Of a stretch of 64,000 nucleotides of DNA, positions 19,050 to 29,300 are shown piece by piece. How positions within the stretch are numbered: the stretch's first letter is position 1; each line of letters opens with the position of its first letter. The DNA lies in the IMG/VR virus record IMGVR_UViG_3300037294_000176, positions 7,399-71,398 of that record; one strand, 5' to 3'. The DNA is from a virus. The position numbers and the translations under genes were made by a program. The notes under the pieces are model-generated. The model worked only from the letters and a program-made list of their open reading frames with translations. It was not told the DNA's origin and searched no databases.

Positions 19050-19283
19050 ATGGAAGATATCCAAAAGCCGTTTAGTGTCGGCTACGTTCTTCGAACCACT
19101 GTCAAGCACATGCGTCGCAGTGTTGAGATTAGTATTCGAAAGACCGTTGAACGCATTGCTGAGTTTGATGGCGATAGCGATAAGTCCGCTGAGGTGTTAA
19201 AGACACTTTCAGCTTTACATCAAATGCGGGCTCAACTGGACGCGTTCCAGGAAGCCCACTCAGAACATTTTCTCGGAGAGTAA
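19050..19283 (+). CDS. hypothetical protein (tail region)
   Basis: ATG at 19050 after AAGGT; helical, 77 aa. Confidence 0.6.
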   Translation: MEDIQKPFSVGYVLRTTVKHMRRSVEISIRKTVERIAEFDGDSDKSAEVLKTLSALHQMRAQLDAFQEAHSEHFLGE

Positions 19284-19286
19284 TAC

Positions 19287-19634
19287 ATGACTGATATTCA
19301 AATTGCAGCGGCCAAGACCGGTATCATGGGTCTCGTGAACAAGCGCATGACGAAAAAGATTAAATTCTTAGGAACTGATATCGAAATCGCTAAGCTGACT
19401 GTTCAAGAAGTCATGGAAATTCAAGCTGGCGCTACTGCAGCTGAAACTGCAGAGGATAAGACTGACTCTGGCCTTGACACACTTCGTAGCGTCATCCGCA
19501 TCTCGGTCACGGACGCTAAGAATCTGTCTGACGAAGACTTCATGGGTTGGCCTATGGACGATCTGTCAGAACTCGTCAATCAGATCATGAAATACTCGGG
19601 TATTGGTGCCTCAGCTGAGGGAAAGGCTCCTTAA
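19287..19634 (+). CDS. tail assembly chaperone (gpG-like)
   Basis: Position between tail tube and tape measure genes; ends over a GGGAAAG slippery site. Confidence 0.8.
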   Translation: MTDIQIAAAKTGIMGLVNKRMTKKIKFLGTDIEIAKLTVQEVMEIQAGATAAETAEDKTDSGLDTLRSVIRISVTDAKNLSDEDFMGWPMDDLSELVNQIMKYSGIGASAEGKAP

Positions 19635-19957
19635 CTGACGAGCAGCTCTCACTTCATGAAGTGGCGTACGCGCTAGGTAAGACCGTAAGAGAGATTAAAG
19701 AACTTGATTACGATGAACTCCTAGATTGGTACGAGTACTTTAGAATGAGACCACAGGGTTGGAGAGACGACGATCGAGCTGCTAAACTAATTCAGGCGCA
19801 AGGTGTAAAAGCCAAGCCCTGGGAGCTGTTCCCCTCCTTGAAGGGAATCTACAATAGCTCACCAAGCGATAAGGATAGTGCAATCAAGAGTCTACAGGGC
19901 TCACTGATGCTCCACAAAATGCTTGGTGCGAAAGGTGGTGATAAGTTAGACTTATGA
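19619..19957 (+). CDS. tail chaperone -1 frameshift extension (gpGT-like)
   Basis: GGGAAAG at 19619-19625; -1 frame is open from the site through the 19661..19957 ORF. Confidence 0.8.
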   Translation, partial: GKGSLTDEQLSLHEVAYALGKTVREIKELDYDELLDWYEYFRMRPQGWRDDDRAAKLIQAQGVKAKPWELFPSLKGIYNSSPSDKDSAIKSLQGSLMLHKMLGAKGGDKLDL

Positions 19958-20250
19958 TACGGATTAAAGTAAACATAAACCTGACTGATGTCGTCAATAA
20001 AGAAATAGCGGCTATCAAGGCTAAGAAAATAGCCGAGATGGTAGCTGGCCTTAAAGAAGCTACACCAATCGACACAGGGGAAGCCCGTGACGGCTGGAGA
20101 GCTGAAAAGAATGCTATCGTAAACGATGTGGATCACATTGATGATTTGAACAGAGGTACGTCTAAACAGGCCCCTGCTCTATTCATCGAACAATCGTTGT
20201 TAACACATACGGGTGTACGCCCTAGTGGAACAATTGTGAAGGCATCATGA
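19954..20250 (+). CDS. HK97 gp10-like tail completion protein
   Basis: ATPIDTGEARDGW and GTSKQAP motifs. Confidence 0.75.
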   Translation: MIRIKVNINLTDVVNKEIAAIKAKKIAEMVAGLKEATPIDTGEARDGWRAEKNAIVNDVDHIDDLNRGTSKQAPALFIEQSLLTHTGVRPSGTIVKAS

Positions 20251-20253
20251 CCT

Positions 20254-20284
20254 AACCCGCTAGACGTACAATCTAGCGGGTTTT
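20254..20284 (+). terminator. intrinsic terminator before the tape measure gene
   Basis: AACCCGCTAGA-loop-TCTAGCGGGTT plus T-run. Confidence 0.75.
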
Positions 20285-20304
20285 AAATCAAACAAGGAGA
20301 CAGT

Positions 20305-23300
20305 ATGTCAGGAGTCATTATTGACGTTGACACAAAGGCGGATGGTGCTAAACGCGACCTAGTCAGCCTTAATAGAAGTCTTGCCTCCATGGTCACAAAC
20401 GCCAACAAAACAAAAGGTGCTGTTGGCGGCGTTTCAGGTAACAACTTCAAAGATCTGACTAAAAACGTTCGAGAGTCTAACATAGCGCTCAACTCGTTTG
20501 GCAATAACAAGGCTTTAACTAACGTTGCAGCTAACACTCGCAGCTTGTCTAACGATATGCGTGGACTAAAGCTTGCAGCTGTGGGTGCCGGTATTGCTTT
20601 TGCTTCTGCTTTTGCTGGTGCTAAGCTAAATAAGGTAGCTGACGATCTTACAAACATTCAAAACAGGCTTAAGCTTGTAACTGAAAGCTCTGATGAGCTC
20701 CTGCTCCGTCAACGACAGTTGTTTGATATTTCTATCAAAACAAGAACCTCTTTCGCAGGGGCCGCTAGCGTTTACGTAGACCTGAGCAAGTCTATGAAAC
20801 TGGCAGGGGGTTCGGCGGAGGAGACCCTCAAAGCAGTGACCACGCTGCAGCAGGCAGGGGCGCTGTCAGGCAGCAGTGTCGAGGGGCTGAATGCCGCCAT
20901 GATCCAGCTCGGACAGGGCCTCAGTAGTGGCACTTTAAGAGGCGAAGAGCTTAGCTCTGTCTTGGAACAAATGAAGTACTTTGGGGATGGACTTGCCAAA
21001 TCCTTGAAGGTTACAAAGGGTGAATTGCGTGAGCTGGCAGCTGAAGGTAAGCTTACTCCAGAGGTTGTACTTAAAGCTCTCAGGGAGATGTCAGAGGGGA
21101 CAGCAAAAGATTTTGCTAAAAGCAATGCTACAGTAGCTGCTTCGACGGCGACACTCAGACAGGCAATTGCTTATACCGTCGCTGATGTTAATCAGTATCT
21201 CGGGTTATCAAACAGTATTGCTAGAGGTATTTTAAAGAACGCTAACGGAATGGTCGGGGCTAGTGATAACATTATCACCAGCTTAGAGCTCATCAGACGT
21301 ACTACGAAGAACTACCTTAGAGAAGTTTCAACTGAGAATCCTTTCAAGTCTACTCTTGTTGCAGCTCTTACCCTAAAGATCAACCCTTTAGACAGTTTTG
21401 CAAAGGCTCAAGCAACGTCTAAGGTACAAGAGTTTGTCAGGCAAGTCCAAAAGTTGCTTGGCAAGGACGACACTGAAATTGAGGTCAAAGCTAAACCAAC
21501 TGGCCTCGACAAGATGTTCAGTCGCTTCCGCATGTTCACTTCTAAAGGTGATGAAGCTGCTAAGGCTATTAGCGCCTCTGACAAGATGGGAGAGCGGGTT
21601 GAAAACGCTGCAAGACTGAGTGCAGCTATTTTTGATACAATTAAGACCACGGCTAACGAGTTTAGCAGACTCCTTCCTATCATTCAGAAACCACTCAACA
21701 CTTTTTACAATCAGCTTTTTGAGTACGTCGTTATCCAAGACAACCTTGGTGATACGATGGTCATTAAGCTTCTACGACCCTTCCAGAGGGCCGCTGAAGG
21801 TGTTCAGGAAACGCTGACGTTGTTTGCTTCTGGCGATACTCGCATGGAGCGTGCTTACGTCAAGCTTTTTAGCTCTGATAGTCTAGTCACATTTACAGAC
21901 AACCTCTTTAAGCTTAACCGAGTCAGAGAAAGTACACGGTTTGATAACAAGAGCTTCCTTGGCCAGAACTTTATCTTCAACTTCCGAAAAAGCTCGCAAG
22001 AAGTAGAAAACTTCTTAGTTCAACTTGGTCTTATGAAGAACGAGCTGGACATTGAGTTTCCTGTTGCTAGGATTGCTAAAGAATTCCAGACTTTTGGCAG
22101 AGTTGTTGTACGCGTGTACGATGATCTTATTGCACCCGATCTTGAGCCAGCTATCCGTAGCATCAAACGCCAACTGAAAAACCTCAAGAAAGCTGTTGTA
22201 AGCGCTATTAAGAACACCTTTACACAGGTTGAAGGCCAGAAGATTGGTAACGCAATTGCCGGTGGTATCACTAAGGCTATTACTAGCGTGTTTGACTTCT
22301 GGGAGGCTAGCGAAAGCTTCAGTCTTGTCAAGATGTTCAACACGGATGCCCTGGTTGAATCCTTTATTAACGCGTTTAAAGCAATTGGCAAGTTTGTAAG
22401 TGGTTTCTTTTCAGGCTTGTTCTCAGGTCTCAAAGGTACCCTTTCTGATGACTTCATTGGGCAGATGTTTGGCAGTATCGAGAAGGTGGCAAAGAGTAAA
22501 CTTCGAGCAGTAGAAAAACGGATTGATGACTTTGGCAAAAATGTTAAAGGAACCTTCTTTGATATCTACGACGCGGTTGTTGGTAACTCTTACTGGCCTG
22601 ATACGATTGACGGAGTTGTCGATTACACTAGTCGGCTGTTTAATGCTAAAGGCCCTATCAAAGATTTTAAGAACTTTGTGTTGTCAACCTTCGACGGCCT
22701 TACACAAACAGTGGACAAGCGCCTAGCCCTTGCTAAGCGTAGAAACTTTCAGGCAATCTACACGCTTCAAAAGATTAAAAAGGACCCTGGTAATACTGTT
22801 GACATTGTCAAGAAATACGCCAAAGGCTCTCTTGTAAAGTCGGTCATTGAGTACGAGCTAAATTTCAACAAGAGCTCGTTTGACAAAGCCGCTGGATATG
22901 CCGCTAAAACGTCCCTTAAGATTCTCAACTACGTTGAAAAGGGTCTGCCTAAGTCTACGCGTGTGGTTGAGCGTTTTGCCAAGAGGACTAAGGAAGCGTT
23001 CTTTGATATCTACGACGCGGTTGTTGGAAACTCTTACTGGCCTGATACGATTGACGGAGTTGTTGGGTATACTAGCAACATCTTCAAGACTAACAGCACG
23101 CTTGAAGAATTTAAGCGTAGAACCTTAAATACTTTTAAGACAATTTTTAAAGACTTAAACGCTAGCTTCGGTGGTGGTGGACTTTTTGATGGATTTGCAA
23201 AGCAGCTCCAGTCAGTTGATTGGGGTCAAGCCTTCAAAACGCTAACTGGGTCTCTTGGGGCTTCTCTTTTAGCCACGCTATTCCTAGTGTTTGGCAACGT

Positions 23301-26300
23301 TCAGATGAAGTTAACTGCTGCCAGTTACTTCTTCTCTTTATTGAACGTCTCGTTGAATGGCGCTCTTACTGCTCTTGCTCCGGTCCTTGGAACGTCCGCA
23401 GGTGTGCTTGGGGCGCAGTTCGTTGAGCAATTTGTCAAAGGTCTACTTAAGACTTTTGATGCACTGGCTTCGTCTTTACCTTTACTGCTAGAGTCTTTCT
23501 TAAAGGAGCTTGTACCGTTCGGCCTGTTTGACTCGTTGTTTGGCACAATCTTCAAAAGTATTCCAATACTGTCAAACAATCTTGTTTACGGCATTCTTGC
23601 TGTTGCCGCTGCTTACGCCTTTTTGTTCAAGAAAACAGGTGCAGGTACTATCATGGACCTGGTGTTTGGATCTCGTGCTAGAGGCAAGGAAGGCACCAAA
23701 ACTTACAAAGCCGCAACTGATGGTATTTTACCCTACGTCAAAGCTATGGCAGTAGGTTGGATACCTGGTTACGTTACTGCAGTAGGTCCCGCGCTGGCGA
23801 AAGCTAGTGGTGGTGCTGCTTTTACAAGTTACTTTGGTCAACTTTTCGGTAATCCAAAACTGGCGCTCCTTGGGGCTGCTGCACTTTCAACCTCAATGCT
23901 TAAAAGCGTTAGCATCTTCGAAGCGGCATTCGTAGGTGTTCCTCTCTTAGCTTCAGCGATTCTTGGTAAGGCTGGCGGCTTAAGGTTTTTAACAGAGTCT
24001 ACAGGTCTCATTAGTAGTATTGGCTTAAATATAGCAAAAGCTATGCAGAGCTCAATACTCAAGAACGCACCTGAAGGTGGCATGCTCGCTAGCTTCGTCA
24101 GTGGTGCTATGTTCAAGGGCGAAGAGGTTCAGACAAAAGTCCCAGGGCCAGTTGCAGATGCATTTGGTACGCTGTTCAGCAATCTTGCACAGTTACCAAT
24201 TAACCTTGCTAAGAATAAAAATCTGTATGGGTCTGGTAAGCTCGGCTTCATGGCAGCGTTGTTGACGCAGCAAATTGAAGGGACTAAGCCTGACGACTTT
24301 ATAGGTCCAATGAATAAGAAGACTGTGAGTCTTAGAAAGTCGCTGCAAGACGCTGTAGGTAAAATCCTTGACTTTGACATAGGTGGCAGGGGTTCGTTAA
24401 GAGGTCGCTTTGCAGCTGTCAGTACCGCACTTGCACTTGAAATGGGCAACGTTAGAGCGCTGTTCAGCAGAAACGTGGGCGTTGGAAACAAGTTTGCTAC
24501 AGGACTAAACACGGCGCTTACAAGTCTTGCAGTTGTTGGTGGTAAGGCCCTAGGAGCGTTTGCAAGAGTTGTCGTTAGTGTAATGGGTCTGCTGAAGAAC
24601 CAGTTTGTGCTTATTGCGTTGTTCAGTCTGTTGTTCACTGGGGTGGCTGTTGCTGCAGAGACCTCAGGCAGTGCTGTAAACGGTATTGGCGCGGCATTTG
24701 GAGGTATTGGTCTTACAATAACGTCAGCTGCTCTTGCGTTAGTAGCCTTCGGTGTAGCATTCAAGTCTATCAGTAAATTCAAGACAGGACGGGACTCGTT
24801 TATAGGTGAGGCAACACGTGAGAAGCTTCAAGCGTTCGAAGAGGACCTTCTTGGAAAAGCCGCCGACAAGGTAGCAAGTTTCAAGGGACCTAAAAAGAAA
24901 AAGAAAGCATTAGATGCGTCGTTATCGTCAGATGTAGTTCGACAGGTTGCAGCCCAAACAGAGTTGCTTCGAGCTGAGGGTGTACCAGGAGCTAACAAGG
25001 CAGGTATTGAAGCTGCTGGCGCGTATCTTAAGGGTCTTGCCAGCAAGGGAAAAGAGGGCTTTATAGCTTCGTTCAAGAGAGGTACCGAAGTCGTAAAAGG
25101 CAACGGAGAAGAAAAGAGCAGTCCCTTTGCCGCTACTCAGGCTGCTGCCGTTGGCCTTTCATCTGCATTTGAAGCGTTCAGCGGTGATAAGACCAAGGCC
25201 AAGCTGGGCGGCGTCTTCAAGCAGTTCAGCGTAACAGGTGTACTAGCTTTCAAAGACGCAGGAGCAGCTTTAACTAGCTTTAAGACTGTTGGTAAAGCTA
25301 CAGACGGTGTGCTTGTTGCTGTTCTACGCCTTTTGAGTGGTGTCATAGCCGCTGCCGTAACAGGCTTCAGAGCGCTGGCTGTGACGATTTGGACTGCAAT
25401 TGCCCCATTTGCTGCTATCATTGGTATTGTGACAGCGGTCGTTGCTGGTGTCGGTCTTCTTGGTGTGATGATCTTTGGTAAAGGCAACACCTTTTTCGAC
25501 AAGTTAGCGTTTGCGTATGACAAGATCAGGCAAATTCTTGGCTTGAGTGCGGTCACAGGCACCGGTCGCAGAGAACTCTTAAGCAATACGTTAAAAGACG
25601 TCAAAGTCGGTGATCAAACATTCGACTTCAGTGGCTCTATTGAAAACACTGATTTTGAGTCGATGGGCAAAGACACCTTTGGTATTGTTTCTGAACAGGC
25701 CAAAGAAACTGCTGAGGCCCTCAAAGAGCTCAACAAGCAATTTATCAAACGTGGCTTCTTGACTGACGCTGAAAAGGCTGAGGCAGAGGCGCTTGCAACT
25801 ACGCAACGCGAATTGCTAGCCAGACAGAAACAAAAGCCTGAAAGAAGTATCAGAGAACGGGCCGATGACGCTCAGAAAGAGCTAAACACTGTAGACAACT
25901 CTCTGGGTCAACGTATTCAGAATATGCTGGGCGGGCCAGGAAGTGATGTCAACAGAGCTCTTGCATTAGGCTCAAGTGGTTTAGACTTGTTCTTTAGAGG
26001 TATCGGAGACAGTTTAAAACCTGTTGATACGGCGCTGAAGTCGTTTGGGTCTGCACTACATAAAGGCTCAGACGTGTTTAAAACTTTCTTCAGGAACACG
26101 TATCGTGCGGCTTCTATCGTTCTTAGAAAAGCTGATCAGGGCGTAAATAGTGCGCTTGGAGGTAGAGGCAGAAGTCAACGTCAGGTCACTGCAGCGCAAG
26201 CAGTTAAAGACTCTGCGGACAGAGTTGCTCCTTTCGAAGCTTTTCTAGAGCCGGAAGAGCTTGAGGCCTACAACAAAGCGGTAGCTGAGTTCAGAGATGC

Positions 26301-29300
26301 ACAGACAGCTGCCAACGCCGCTGAGCTACGCTTTACGGGTTTTGATCGAGATGGTAACGTAGAAACACGTGTAGAGTATGAGAAGCGTCGAGTAAAATTA
26401 ATTGCCGAAGCTTCTAAGGAAATGAAAGAGTTTGCCGCTGCAACTGAGAAAGCTGAAAAAGCCGGTCAGAAAGCTGCGGATATCAAGATTCTTACTGACA
26501 AGCTGACAATCGGTTCTGCCAACATTAAGGATCAACTGGGAATTGATCTTGGGGACAAGGGTCAAAAGTTTTTAGGCAATAAAGAGCAATTTGATAGACT
26601 GACTAATAGTGCCAGTCTAGTGGCTGGTCTTAACGCAAAAATCCTAGTAGGAGTGAGCCTCTCTGAGAGGGCAACTAACGCAGCAAGAGTTCTTAGTGAA
26701 GTAGCTGCAGCAAACGCCGAGTCAACTAGAATACAGGCTGCGGCTTTATCTGGTACAGCGTTTGATCTTTACGCCGAGATATCCGGATCTAACGCAACTG
26801 ACGTTGGCAACTTATTTAAAGTTGACCCTGAGGCTTACAAAGAGTTTACTAAGACTGCAGATTCGCTAGATCAGACCAGGACAGCGCTCGCTAACGTAGT
26901 GTTGACTACTCCTGGTGCAAGAGAAGAACTTGCACGTCTTCAGGGAGAGATAAAAACCCTGGGGGAAGAGCTTGTTTCGCTGACTCCTAAGGCTGGCAGT
27001 TTAGAGTCGATAAACGACAAGTTTCAGGAGTTTAAGATTGCAGAAATTGACTTAGGCCAATTTGTGTACATGTCTCCTGGATCTGTCAACAGCATTAGGG
27101 ACTCCTTCAAGCATGTAGCGAAGGCTACTATTGACGTCAACGCTAAACTCTCCAGGCTTGGTGATGACGATAAGAGTCTTCAAAACTACATTGATGCTCT
27201 TCGTCGACTACGTGGGGAAATTGAGGCGGTTCAATCAGCTGCTAGCCATGCAAGAAATGAATCAGTTCAAAGGGCGTTATTCGAAAACGCTGATGATCCT
27301 GTAAAGAGGGCGTTAGCAGTAGGTAGAGCCGCCGGTAGGATTCCTAACGATTACGTGCTTAGTAGTGCTGATAGATCGGCACGGTTCAGTCAAGACACAT
27401 TTGAGTACGTAAACGCTACGGCAAACGTAGATGACCAGTTTGCTTCTGGATCTACCATTTCTGAAGCAGCTGGCAGAAGACTTGCTGCAGAGAGAAGACT
27501 TGGAACATATGATAGCGCCCCTTCAGCTAACAAGGAAAAGAAAACAGACACTCCCCTCAAGCTGTCGGATGCTCTTGGCGCACTGTCAAACTCTGGTATT
27601 GCTATTGCAGCTGCTAGCTTCAGTCGTCTTGGTGCAATTGCTCGTAGTAGCCTCTCTGCTATCGGTATTGATATTGCTAAGCTCGATAAGCGGATTGAAG
27701 ACGCTCCTCCAGGTGCCGATCTAGCCAGTATATTTGATCAACGCAAAGCGCTGTTTGACCGGGCTAGAGAGCAGCTTCTAAACTCCTTGTACACTACAGG
27801 TCAGGGAATTTCTGAAGCTCTCGGTAGGTTAGGCGTTGAGGGTTCGGCTATCATCAGCCGTATGAACGCCACTCAACTTGAAGGTCTTCTTGAGATTGAC
27901 AAGTCTACAGAGAGGTTAAAGTCTCAGCTGCTGGACACCACCGATCTTGAAGAGATTGTCAAGCTAAATGCCGAACTTGCTGACATTGAGCTAGAGCGGA
28001 ACAGAGCCCTACAGAAAACTAACGCTGCGTTTGAAACCAGATTAGAAACAGTGAATGAGCTGTTTGGATCATCGCTTGACACAAACTCGTTTGCTTTCTT
28101 TGGTAATGAGCTTACTTTACAGTTGTTTAGAATTGCAAGTGCAGCCAAGGCAACGATGGAGGAGTTCTTTAGAAACGGTGCTACTAAAACTGAAGACCAG
28201 GTAAGAGTTTTCTTCAGCAGTATGCGTAAGATGGCTCAACAGGGTGAAGTCCTGGACATCTTCAACACCTTTTCTCAAGGAATGGCAGATGCGCTAGAGC
28301 GTGGTGCTAAGAGTGGTTTTGAGAGGTTCCAAGAGCTTTTCGATGGTGCAACTTTCAGAGATTACCTGAATATTGATGCAGGTACACGAAGAGGCATTTC
28401 TCAAGAAGCCGTGAGTAAACAAGCCTTAGTCAGTCTCTCAGACGCCCCTGGTCTGTCTAAAGCGATGGCGGATATCATCAACAGGGAGTACGGTGAAAAC
28501 GGAAGATCGGCGACAGAAGTTATGAGACTTCTAGAAGGTCTTCCTGGCTTTGCTGAGACAATGGCTACCCCGCTTCAAGCTGTCACCACGTCACTGGACC
28601 GTGTAACCGCATCTAACATTGAAGTGGCTAGGTCAAACAGAGGTCTCCCTGAGATCTTAGGTGCTGCAATTGCTGATAACACTGACGTGACCGCTTTCGA
28701 TTCAATTGAAGTTCGTGCTGACAGAGCTGTAGATCCCGCATTATTTGAGAGAGGCTCTGTTACTAGTGCTGTTGATGCGCGTCTGGCAACTCCTGACACT
28801 ACCGCTCAAACTGCAGCTGCAGCTGCTGCTACTAGCGTTCAAGACACTCTGAGGTTACTGCTGGCTAACCTCAATATTGGCATTGACCCTGAGACAATCA
28901 ATCTTGCTAGCTCTAGACAGCTAGCCCAAATCGATGCACTTGCTGGAAGGTTCGCTTTTTATCAAGCAGAGATTGCGTCGTTGTTGGCGGGTGAGGGCGA
29001 CCTCGACTCAGAGGCTAGAACGTTACGTATTCAAGAGCTCAGTACCGCAAGTAAGCTACTACAAGACAACGTAGATGACCTTGCCACAGCGATTGAAGAT
29101 GCAGCGTTCAGGGCAACTGAAGCGGGAGACAACCTTGCTGATGGTGTCAGAAGTGACTTTACAGCCTCGTTGAAAGACTTTGCTAAAGGCAAGGCCACTT
29201 TCAGTGAAGCTGCCGAAGGGCTGTTAGATAACCTTACCAGCAGTATCGTAGATACGTTTATTGACGGTCTTACTAACTCTCTTATGGGTGAAGGTAGCTT

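Noticed and set aside
22555-23063. Possible DGR template/variable repeat pair
   Set aside because: No reverse transcriptase, both copies are coding and in frame, and only one difference
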